Assembly: GCA_051362555.1 (NCBI GenBank)
Contig: CM120641.1
Coordinates: 34,788,401-34,852,400 of the forward strand
Reading direction: 5' to 3'
Length of the DNA: 64,000 bases
Origin: Lingula anatina
Lineage: Eukaryota; Animalia; Brachiopoda
The notes below the pieces were generated by a model that was not told the origin of the DNA, searched no databases, and saw only the letters and a list, made by a program, of their open reading frames with translations. The position numbers and the translations under genes are program-made. This document shows positions 49,290 to 61,400 of the stretch, in pieces (the first letter of the stretch is position 1; each line of letters begins with the position of its first letter).

Positions 49290-49560
49290 TTGCTAGTGCC
49301 AAAGTTACGGTAATGATTCGATCTTTTCAATGGTGGAAAATTGGGAATTTTACAGATACTTACATAATTTCTTACAATAAGAGCATTCGAATTGAGTGGT
49401 TCCAACAAAACTAAAAACCAGACTGCCTTATAACTCTATTTTATGCATTAAAAGCACCACAAATGTTAAATATTTTTATGATTTTAAAACAGTGTATCTG
49501 AAAGTTTGATAATTTTTCCCCATTGAAAAGATCGAGTCATTACCGTAGGCTTGAACATAA
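49290..49560. repeat. Dispersed fold-back repeat (related pieces at ~24885-25125, ~26445, ~41990)
   Basis: AATGATTCGATCTTTTCAATGG / CCATTGAAAAGATCGAGTCATT inverted pair; ATGCATTAAAAGCACCACAAATG shared with the other pieces. Confidence 0.6.
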
Positions 49561-52500
49561 TTTTGGTATTTCTCATTTATGGTTATTGTCAATATTATGT
49601 TGTCTAATCAAAACGCTCTGTCCAAAGCAATTTGCTGATTTTTACATCCAAATTTTAAAGCCTTTTGTAAAAGAATCAAAACCCAGCATTTTTAACAAAT
49701 TAGTAGCAAAACTTGTTTTATTTTACCAAAGAAGAAAAACCGCCCTTTAAGCCTTTAAACATGTTTTACCATAATTATAATCACTATTATTATAATTATA
49801 AGTTGAGTTTGCTTCCGTGACATTTATATATCTGCGGAATTCAAGTTGTGATTGACGTTCATTTCAGTGCAAATATAATGCTCTAAAATACAGAAAACTT
49901 GCTTTTCTAATCCAGGAAAATTACATGTAGTTTCAAACTAATTATCCTAATCCAAGTCTACCTGTTAAAATGTGCATAAAAAGAACATGTTTAACGATTT
50001 TTATTGATCTTAGTTTGCTCATCTGGATTGTAATCTTACTATCATCTATTTTAATAAAGTTAAGGTAAATAGTATGTGCAATGTTTTTTGTGATTGTTTG
50101 TCAATTATGACTTACATTTGTTGCATTAATTTGTTGAACATATATGTATGTGACTTTTGCATAAAGATGAAGGGAAGAGTCATGTTGCAATTGCTAAAAT
50201 GCTTTTTTTTTTTTTCAATAATCAATGTCTCAAGAGGATTGTTTTTTTTTTTCTCACATTCTGTATTGGGGAATGTGGTCGTTACCCTCTATACATAGAT
50301 TATCATGTCAAATGTATTAAAGGGTTTGCTTCATGCCGTCAGAATGGCCTGAACGGAACATATTCTTCAGAAAACATGCCCAACTAACGATATCTTTATC
50401 CAAATACACAAATTAAAAGCTCATTTTGTAAATTTTTGGCTTTAAAAAACGTCCTATTTGCTCGGCCTGGGAGTTAATGAGCTACGTGGTCACGTGGTCC
50501 AATGACGACAATCGAGCCACTGGAGAACAGAGCGTGCTTAGCTGTCAAACTGAGCTGCATTGTCTACCTGTAAGATGACTTCTCTGGCTTCTGATAAAAG
50601 TTTATACTCATTCAAATCTCTTACCCGAGGGGTCTAAATCCTCGTAAAGCTGTGTAAAACCATTTCCCGTCTAGTCATTTCTTTAACAAGCATTTCATTA
50701 TGGTTATCCCAAGTTGTATAAAACACTGCATTTGAATGAGTTAAGGGAAATGTTGATTATTGCATATGAGGTCCATGTTATTTGTGAAATTCAATTTATT
50801 TTATTAAACCGCTGACACTCCGTCTTGCATACTTTTATTAAACTGAGGTAAACAATGCCCGTTACCTTTACAAGTCCTATCTTAATCATCCATCTAACTG
50901 GAACTTCCTTTACCTCTTAATTAGAGGGTTAAATGGCATTCAATTTGTCTTGCTTGTATCGAACGCACTCTCTATCTAAGCTTTACTCCAGTTATCTCAG
51001 GTAAAAATCTACCTGTGCGTTAGTTACAAAGCGCAGCTCCCGTAGACCTGGGGGTACTAGATAAAATCTGAACACCAGGTTTATCGAGGAGCTAGAGAAA
51101 GAAAGGAAGAATTTTTCCTGCACAACTTCATAGGAATTTTAACACGGACTTGATCCAGCTTAGACCTCCAAACTAACAGGGTGACATGGGCAATTTTCAC
51201 AAACAAATCATAAAACTATATTTCAGTTAACCGCCTTTAAAATAAATATACCGTTCTGGGTAAATTAAAATAGTTATTAAATCGCAAGAATATTTTTGAC
51301 TTAAATGATGATTTTATTATTAATGGAAATTAAGCTACTATATGAGGTACATTTGCTGTGATTACGCTGTCCTTCATGTTTTGCGTAAGTCTACATTTTG
51401 CTGTATGTGCTTGTAATCTTTTTAAATATGTGCGTACAATTTTTGCAGGTCTGGTTACCCCCCTGTTATGTGATGAGAGTATTAATTTGGCAATTAGTTC
51501 CTTAGCTTATTTGAATAGAATTGCAGTGTAAAATTTTCAACAAGATGTTGGCGAAATAGCCCATTACTCTTTGTAGGTATTTCCCCCGTCAAAGTTTGTC
51601 TAAAATTATCTTTCAATCTTTACCCTTTCAAAGACAGTATAAAGTTACCCGACATATTTTCGTGTAAACTTAATGACAGGCCAAGTGTCTCCAGTTCATT
51701 CCGTACTCAATTTTACCCAAGCAAATTTTTTTCTTGAGTAGATCTTTATAGCACGGTGTTATAAGCTTACAAATTTGCAAAAAAAAAAAAAAAATTGCGT
51801 ACTGACGCAGAATTTGCGTTTCAAGTTTTAAAATAATCAATCTTTTAAATTATTTAATATTTCAGATGAAATAATCTTCAGAAACAAATCCTCAAAGCAT
51901 AAACGAATTAGGATAACGAACCATTTTATTATAGCAGTTCCCATTTTTTCTTTAATATAACGCTCTTTTTCCTGTTTTTCCTCAACACGTTTTCTTCCAC
52001 GGAAGCTTCAAGATACCCTGAGAGCAATTTCTTGTATTAATGTTCGCGACCGTGTTTGAACTTAATTGTTTAAGTATTGATATTTAACGTCATTTACAAA
52101 TACCAATAAAATAACCCCATGAAATAAATGAGATATATTGAAAAATATGAAAGCCCACCAAGACGAGTTTCATACCTGTTATTACCTGGCTTGGGAATTG
52201 CAGCGGTGCATAATTAACAGGTTTGTTGTAAACGAGCTTTTGGTCAACTACAATGCATTTAAAATGCATCAGCAATCAGTAAGTTTGCCAACTGATGACA
52301 GTTAATCTGAAAGACTACCAGCTCTTGATATGATCTAAACCACCTGAGGTGACCATGATCTAGAGCATCGCAACTATTGTCACCGAAGTTAGTAAGTAAG
52401 TCACGGAAGACCGTCACAGACAAAGAAAGATTGTCAACGAGAGCTGCAATTTTGGTGAATCCCACGGCAACACACCGAGGCATAACGAAAATTATCGTGA

Positions 52501-52699
52501 TTGTCGTCACAGTACCACGTGACCCAGATCTGTTGCTTCATTTTTGCATATTGAGGTGAGGTTTACTAAAACGCTTTTTTTTCTACTAATAGATTGTTTT
52601 TATAATTTTTAAATGGCGGGGATCGATTAAAACATACCTCTAGTGTATAGATTGAGTGCTGTATCTTCAAAATTAGAGAAATGGATTTTTACATGAACA

Positions 52700-53447
52700 T
52701 TGTCCTTTAAGTATTGGTTCAAGCTTTTGTGTATGGACGATGGTAGGCTACTGAAATCATGCTACAAGTTACTGTTTGACTTAGATAGTAGTGGGAGACA
52801 AACATGGGCAAGTGGCATCAAGCATCTTTTATATTCATATGGATTTGGAGTAGTGTGGGAAAACCAAGGATGTGGAACTTTTTATAGAACAGTTAGACAA
52901 CGATTAATGGATATAAGCAGGCAGAATTAGTATTCCTCAGTACGCGAATTAGGCAAGCTATAAGGACCTACAGCTCATTTAAACTAGATTTGGTATTTGA
53001 GGAATACTTATCTTTTGTGTCCATAGCAGAGCATAGAAGAGCCTACTGCAAGTTCAGAATATCAAACCACAATTTACAGGTTGAGAAGGGTCGGTATGCC
53101 AGTGTAGATGGGGAAAATAGAGTATGTGCATGCATGCCTTTCTGATGGCATTACTATTATTGAAAATGAGGAACACGTGTTAATGTCATGTAATTTATAT
53201 AACGGTCTGAGGGAACGCGCTATATTCCCTAGATTACAACATTGTCACTAGCGACTGCTCTGTCATCACATAATGTTGACTTTATAAAAAGACTTGGGCC
53301 CTTCATATATCATGCTGAGAAATTAAGAGATGATTTTTTTAGATAAGTGATTTGTGTCGTTTATGATATATACTCCTGTGTAGTCAGCTCAGTATTATTA
53401 TAAATAGAACTCAATTGATGTACTCTTGGCCTGTAGGCCTGAAATAA
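52700..53447 (+). mobile_element. Decayed 3' end of a non-LTR retrotransposon ORF2 (RTE-X-like)
   Basis: KYWFKLL.MDDGRLLKSCY...WASGIKHLLYSYGFGVVWENQ...RTYSSFK...KFRISNHNLQVEKGRY...RVC..ENEEHVLMSC (CCHC-type tail); stops and frameshifts; ends GGCCTGAAATAA. Clade label is from recalled motifs. Confidence 0.8.
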
Positions 53448-54141
53448 CCTTATGGTAAAAACGAAGCAAAAGCAATGGCAGCTAGGGTATCACATCATGA
53501 AATGCTTGGCAATTTGGAGTATTTTTGTGACGTTTAAAATTCAGAGTGATACTATTTTGAATTTTCCCTACGGTAGTGTGGGGTGAGACAGCTATGACAT
53601 CTCCCATTGTTTTTTGTTAAAACATAACAAGATCAAACATCAGTCAAGTAGTTCATTAGATAGTTTAATTAGCAAATCAAACTTGAGGTAGTCTTAATGC
53701 AGATATCAATATTTTTGTTTTACATATCTGAATATTCAAAACTTACTGTGATTAAAATATTTTATAAATCTTTAACAAGCAGATGTTTGAACATATGAGA
53801 ATACATCAATGGCAGTTTATTTTTCTTGAAATAAAAAAACTTTAAAATATTATGCAAAATGGCTTAGCGTTTTCATTGGCTTGGCGGAACTATAAGAGTG
53901 GGGGTACTTTTTTTCCAGTAAAAATTCCTTGTAGTTACTCAGCAATTCGTGTCAGTATCCTTTGTTATAATCAACAAATCACAATTAAGCTTTAAAATTA
54001 TAAAATATATATACATTATATTGAAAAGAAATAAGAAAAAGAATCCTTCACGTCAGTTAAATGTGCCCATGTTCATTTTGCCTAGAGTGCACCAATTCAG
54101 CAAAATATCGTCAATGCCATGCTAAAAAATGCTACAATACA

Positions 54142-54375
54142 TCAGGGGCGGATCTGGGATTATTTGAAGGGGGGCGCAGATACAAAGCCGACCCCCCCCT
54201 CCCTTGGCGTGGTATTTTAGAGAGCGAATTGTGCCATTTGGTGCGGTTCAGAACTATGATACAGCTAGTCAAAATTATAATTTCAAGAGGGACCCACTGC
54301 TGTAATATTTTTTTCGGAAATCGAAGGGGGGGGGGGGGGGTAGCACCCCCCTACTCCCCCCTCAATCCGCCACTG
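54142..54375. mobile_element. CAGGGGC-ended MITE, same family
   Basis: CAGGGGCGGATCTGGGATTATTTGAAGGGG...AATCCGCCACTG. Confidence 0.75.
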
Positions 54376-54772
54376 TGATCTCTGTGCAGAAATCTATTCC
54401 ATATCTGCGTCACACCTGTGAAACACTAATTGCAAAATGTAAATGGTGTGTTTATACATGTATGTTAACGTGGCACACATGTGAAACACCTGTAATTTAT
54501 AAGAGACTTGTTTTCAATTAAAAATATTTAAAATATTGTTTGAATTACTCATGCTTGGACCATATCCATCCTCAGTTTGCACGTGTCAAACACATGTCAG
54601 AAACTTGCAAATATATTGAGAAATTAACCAATTTAATAGAACTATATGTGACTTTGACATATTCCATCTTTACCTACCACGAAAACAATTTCTACACTCG
54701 TTGGCTCTTAAAGAAATTTAACTTACACTCAATTACTTCCTATCCTTTTACTCGTTTGATTCCCTTTTAATT

Positions 54773-55954
54773 ACTAGAGGATCAGAGAGATGATACCACC
54801 TCCAGGTAGTATATAACTTCGGGCATACATGTATCTCTGTCAGTTTTAAAGATAAAAGGGATGAAAAAGTTGCAAAGTTCAGTTCATGGTGAAAAGTACA
54901 TGTAGGTCAAGGGTTAAGTTCAAGATCACACATTGCCAGCTGGTATAGGACTTCCTATTCAGGTTCAATAGAAACTACCGGGTGTGGGTATATCTCTTCC
55001 AGTTTTGCAGATATACTGTAAGGAACAGAAAAGTTGCAAAGTTCAGTTCATGGTGAAAAGTAGGTCAAGGGTTAAGTACAAGGTCACATATTGCCAATAT
55101 AGGACTTCCTATTCAAGTTCAATAGAAACTACCGGGTATGGGCGTATCTCTGCAAGTTTTGAAGATATAAGAAACAGAAAAATTGCAAAGTTCAGTTCAT
55201 GGTGAAGAGTAGGCCAAGGGTCAAGTTCAAGGTCACAGTAAGATTGCCAGTATATGGCTTCCTATTCAAGTTCTGGTGGAAACTCATGGTCCATAAAAAA
55301 CTCCATATAGACGATTTTAATATTGTTCGAAATTTAGGAGCCAATTCGAAATTCATGGCAAATTATTATATTTCACATGATATTTTTTATTACTGAATAT
55401 TGTGCTTTTTGATATAGGGCAACTCGTAAACCGTATGGAAAACAAAAAAATGGACACCACCTCCAGTGGTGCGCTTGACAACCTCTATAAAATGCACAAA
55501 ACATGAGGTATCTAGCCTTTACAGTTCCAGAATTAGAGAGGATTTCAGTTTTGGCATCTAATGGCCGTTTCTCCCGTGAAAATGCACCTTTGACCCCAAA
55601 CTCAGGAAGATGAAAGATGACTCTAATGGTAGCACCTGTCCATAATATTATAGGTGAGGTCTGTGTAGGTACTGAAAATTAGTACAGACCTTTTTTTTTT
55701 TTGCATAAAATTCCCATTTTTAGTAAATTTTGGCCTGTTTGGCCTTGAAATAAAGGTCAAAGGTAAAATCCAAGGGCATATTTGGAATTTCCACATATGA
55801 CTTTCAGACTTAGAAAAAAGACTGAGAAAAAAAAACGGGGTTCAAGCTGAGATTATATGTGACCTAAATTCAAGAGATGGAGACACAGGTTCTTGCGGTC
55901 TAGGGAGAGAAGCGGTAACGGTGACCTTTATGCCGCGTCGGGTCGGGACTAAAA
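54773..55954. mobile_element. Helentron/HINE (pearl-like) non-autonomous element with ~150-bp internal repeats
   Basis: Starts ACTAGA; ~3 copies of TTGCAAAGTTCAGTTCATGG...GGTCAAGG..AAGGTCAC..CTTCCTATTC (54870, 55034, 55183); GC-rich end CGGGTCGGGACTAAAA. Confidence 0.6.
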
Positions 55955-57886
55955 CGTACACGCTGGTGGTACTAATTATCTGCAATTAGTGAAAGTGTAA
56001 GTCATTTACTTTACAACATATTGATGAAATTCAGATAAGCAGGTCACCAATTAATTGAATTTCATATAAATCGAATGTCCTTCCTATAGCGGCATCCAAA
56101 GGCTAAATGAAATAAATGTTTTACTATGTGTTTCCATTGTTAGGTCCAGTATGAAAAGTTTTTTCTAATAATTGACAAATCGATTTGACTAAGGTCAGTG
56201 ACTTTAAAAGATTGTCAAGGCCAAGGATAAATTATTTTGATAAGTCTTTCGAGTAACGATTTTATAGAGAAAGGTATTGGTCAAACACTCTGAAAATGTT
56301 TACTTACTCGTACGTTTTGTAATTAATTTGCCAATTTATCTACCTGATTTTAATTGTGTTTATCTCGTAATTGTCTCGTATTCTTTCACAACATTTTTCT
56401 GCAGTTAAATGGCACACGCTTAGTGCATGTGTAAGCAATTTACACAATAATAATTAACTTTTTTTTTGTTTTTTTTTTCTGGAGGGGGGGGGTCGACACA
56501 TTTTCTCAAATACACTATTGTATACCATATCCAAGACAGTTTCCAGAATTTTGGAGTTCTAAGTTGAACGATTCTCAAATTTAAACGTTACGTTTAGACA
56601 TCGAAAACGGTTTAACAAATCATTTATTATGAGCGATTTTGAGGAAAGTATACCTTGTTGATAAAGGAAAGTTGCTGAAGTTTTTAGGAAAATATTTTTT
56701 CTATACGTAGAGCTAAGAGTAATTTGTATTCAATTATAACATTTTAAGGACGAATTTGACATGCTACACTTTTTGGCCCATTATAAGAACAGCAGAGAAT
56801 GACGAAAGTTTCATACCTAAAACAAACAACACACAAACAAAAAAAGACATGCAAACAAATAAAATCCATATAATTGTTCAGTAGACTCTACATGGGTAAA
56901 ATGAACAGAATACGATGAATAAAGTCAATAAATGAATAGGTAATAAAAATATTAAGATATTAAGATGTTAAATAAAATGTAAATAAATTTATATAAGATT
57001 TTAAGATATTAAAATAAATAGTACAATATAAAAGACAACAGCCAGTCAAATTAATTATAAAACATTTTGAAGATATAAGTTTTAAATTCTTTTTTCAAAT
57101 TGGGAGGGGGGTTCAACACAAGGTAAAATGAAATAAAAAATAAACACACACAAATAAGATCCACTTACGAAAATGAATCGAAATAACCTAAAACTATTTG
57201 GGAAGTTTGACATTTTGCATTGAGCGGGACCTTCTTCCCGTCCTTGGGGTTCCAGGCTGATGCCGGTGCATGTAAAAATGGGAGTACATGTACATGTACA
57301 AATATATATACAAGACCCTCTTTGGAATTAGAGCAAATATATACAAGACCCTCTTTGGAATTTTGAGCAGAGGGTGAGCGACGCCTTACAAACACCCAGA
57401 CCAAGGTCCGCCCCTGAAGCGGCCGCATCGTGCGTTTCAGCTTCTTGATCTTCAACCCAGCCTTCCTGGTCTTTATCGGCACCTCCAATGTAGTAAAATC
57501 GGGAAAAGATGAATTGAAATATCCTCTGTTATTGAGAAAGTTGTTATAATAAAAACGGCAAAAAATCTCTTGTAATGTAATAAAGTTTGTTTTTTTTCTT
57601 TCATATATATTGTGATAAACGCTCAGTCCCCAATTAACCTGTTTTTCAAGTGTATTTACGGCTCGGTGCTTCGGTGAGTAGTTTTTGTGTGCATTAGCGG
57701 GTTATAATGCACCACGTTTAAGTCTTAATTTTGTTCTCCAGTTCCACCGTGATCCAAATTATAACAAAAATGATCGAAGGATCAATAATTGAGAACCAAG
57801 GCCCATTACTTTGGAATAACAACTGCAAAGTTATGAATAAAAACATCTCGACATAGTGATATTTGATTTTTATATAAGTCAATAAT

Positions 57887-58156
57887 CAGGGGCAGATTTA
57901 GGGGGTCAGGGGAGTCCTGACCCCCCCTTTGATTTCTGAAAAAAATCACACCAATGGCCCCCTCTTGATATTAGAAATTTGACGAGGTGTATCATAGTTC
58001 TAAACCGTACCAAATGGCTCCGCTCGCCCTCTAAAATACCAATTTTGTAGAGGCCCTTCAGAGGTCCACGAACCCCACGCCAAGGAGGTGGGGGTGGGAT
58101 CGGCTTCGCTTTCGCGGACCCCCCTCCCCCTTCAAGTAATCCTGGATCCGCCCCTG
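57887..58156. mobile_element. CAGGGGC-ended MITE with 6-bp TSD (AATAAT) in the paralog promoter
   Basis: TIR CAGGGGCAGAT / ATCCGCCCCTG; copy 1 has a single AATAAT at ~11219-11224 (empty site). Confidence 0.88.
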
Positions 58157-58435
58157 AATAATACCTCTTAAACATGTGCGTCATTCTTTCACAAAGTAGG
58201 CCTACTATAACGAATCCCTGTATCGACCCCAAATTCATTTTACGAATCCGTATCCAAAAAAATGTTACTTTTAGCATTTTGTAAACATCTTGAGGGGACT
58301 GTGAAAATAAAATAAATAATTCAAGGTTATTAAGATTAGCCTCAGTTTATTTTTTTAAAAATATCCGATGACGATATTTAAAGGGTTGCGTGGTCAGCGG
58401 AGGAGCAGAACATGGACGAAAAGACCAAAGGCAAC

Positions 58436-61400
58436 ATGAAAGTGTTCAAGATGCTGTTGTTTGTGGTCTGTGTAATCACCACCAATGCCCTTCAAGTGTC
58501 TGGCGCAGAAAGTAAGTCTAATGGCTTTCAATATTTTTTGCAGCAAAATTCAAATTTGAGCTAAAAATTCAGCTGCTCATCGAATAACAGGTTGAATTTC
58601 TGTTTCACCGGGCGGGCGACTACTTGGAGAACATGCTTTTGCCTTCTCTCAGTTCTTAAAAGCTGGGCCAAATACTTCCATATCTTTATATAGTTAATTT
58701 AATCAATGGATCTTACAGTCTTTCTCTTGAGGCACTAATGGCAAAATTCACAAATTAGAATTTAGAATGTGTAAGTACCTTTACATATGTTTCACACCTT
58801 AGAAGTTCAAATTTTACTGCTGTTGTTTTAAGCCTGGTAATCTTTTAAGATACATTATAAAGAGTCCATGTGTGTGTCCAAATGCTTTCAAGTAATTTCA
58901 TGTTATCCAATCAGTTTATAATTGTTCTGACATCCATTTTAATAGATGAAGTTAAACATAAAAAAACTCTGAAAAGCAATACTGAAAAAAGGGGAAGGTT
59001 GGATTGAAGCTCTTCATTAATAGACCTTTACTGTACCATGTATAATTAATATTGTTTAGTAAAATGTATTCTGTTCGTGTTACAACATGGATTCGTGTCG
59101 TTCTTTTCCTTGTGCAGACCTTAACAATTTTAAGACAGAACATCGGAATCTCCGTAGCAGTTTTAAATATCGCATTGTGACAAAAAATATGATAATCTGA
59201 ATAGAGCAGTTAGTTTTTTTTTAGTGACTTTAGTTTGCTTGTCACTGAATATTAAAAAAAGAGGGGGGATACACCCAATGGCAATAAAATAAGCATACAA
59301 TTAAATATTTGCCATTCGTGGTCTAAATATTGTATCACACTATCATGGGATCACAATACATTTTTCAGTTAGCAACAGGAAACCCCGTATTTCTAATTGC
59401 ACCAAGTACTTGGGCAAGCAAAAACTTTCTGAGAATTATATCATGGGGAACATACGTTACGTAGTATTAGCCATGACGCAAAGCATAGCATAGATGAGAG
59501 AAGTTTATCAAGCTTCAAGTATGATACAAATGCTTTTAAATCATCGTGATAAGAATCAACACAGTCACCAGTTTGGCGGAACTAATAATTTTTTTTGATG
59601 TTTCAAAGAAGATGAGTATAATTTTGTTTACATAGGTTGACAGTAATTTGGCAAACAAGTAGGTTTTTAGAGAGGGCCTCCCGGTGATCATTTGATGGTG
59701 TCCCATTGGCCAAAGATTGCAGCTTTTAGTTTATTCCATTAAAGTTTGGATCAAAACAGCCTTTTAGGGACCATTCCCACATATATTTGGATCGATCTAT
59801 CTCCCTGGAGAGTCTCACTAAATTGCTATCAAACTAACCGGCTTAAACGTCTGTCACGCCTTGTGAAACTGTTAGGGGGTAATTATCTTTACCCCTAGCT
59901 GATTCGGTAGGCGTGACAGACATTCAAGCCTCTTGAGCTGATAGCAATTTAGCGTGAACCCCCAGGGAGTTAGGTCGATCCAGATGGATGGATCTAAGTA
60001 TGGGAACCCAGTCTTATTCGCCGAAGATCAAAGCGGCTTGAAAGTCCGAAACATTTTCTTATTGGTCAAGTTAGCATTAGGCCACATTTCGTGTAATATT
60101 AGCATAACTAAATTTTTCCATATTGGTGGGCATTATAGTATAAAACAGCGACCAAAACGGGGCATGTAATAATTGAACAAGTATTACCCAAGCCTTGTGT
60201 ACACCAAACGTTCACTTTTCTGTGAAATGACTCAACTATAATTTTAAGGGCAGAAAATATCTAACATTTCACGCTTTCATCTTTAACTGCGAAGCTTAGG
60301 GCTCATTCCCAAACAATCTATCGGTCTACGTATATCGATCCAATTCCGCGGGACTCTCACTGAATACAATCAGGTAAACAAATTGACATGCCTTCTCTTG
60401 GTGTTGAGTAGAACGAGTACGTTGGAACCAAGTGGAGGTGTGTTTATCTGTTAAGCTGATTGCATTCAGCGAGAGTCCCAACGGAGTTGGATCGACTTAC
60501 TTAGACCGATAGATTCATTGGGAATGAGACCTTACTCACCATGCTTACATTTTTCCTTAAACATTTTCCAACAGCTTTTACTTGCGACTTTGAGACAGAC
60601 ACTTGCAATCTGTCGGACGCCACTGATGACGATGGCAATTACTGGGTTCGTTGGAGAGGAGACACGCCGACATCGGGAACTGGGCCCAGTGTGGATCATA
60701 CACTTGGGACCGCGCAAGGATACTACTACTATTTTGAGAGCAGCGATGCGGTAAGAGGAGTGTGCATGTGTCCATCTGCAGCATTCATCACATTAACCGA
60801 TGTTTGGTTTGATTTGATTAAAACATAGGGCTGCAATGAACATTATGTTTAGCTTTATCAATGATTTTACCTTCATTCAGTAATTGTTGTGACTGAAATT
60901 TAATTTGATATAGAAGTAGTTGGATTTCGATGCAAAATTGCCCCTACTGCTATTGAATAATCTCTTACAGTTAGACAGATGAGCGTTTTGTAACATATTA
61001 GATTTGCATTTCGACTGTGACATTTCTGTTTTGAAGAACATAACCATGATATCTGCTTTAAAGATACTTCTGCGCCTTATCGCCATTTAATGATCGCTTT
61101 TGAAAAGACTGGTGTCTCTTTAAACAAAATAAAACATTTCACGTGTTTCAGGGTAGCGACGATATGTCAGCTTTTGAAACCCCACTGTTGACCGTTGCTC
61201 ACTCGTGTTCTATGGTCAAGGTACAATTTTGGTACCACACACATACATGGCGTCACGATGATATTACAGATATGGGAGCATATGTCAACATGGATGGGTC
61301 AAAAAGGAATATATTATATTTGTGGAAGGTATCGAGAGACGAATGGATTATGTTTGAAGCGATTTTCAATGCTACTGCCGATTTCAAGGTAATGTTCCGG

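Noticed and set aside
52259-52530. MPRCVAVG on the minus strand resembling a THAP domain start, near CACGTGACC and a possible Kolobok-like CCTTTAA end at ~52710
   Set aside because: Second Cys and all later THAP residues are missing and I could not match a left terminus convincingly; at most a decayed transposon relic.
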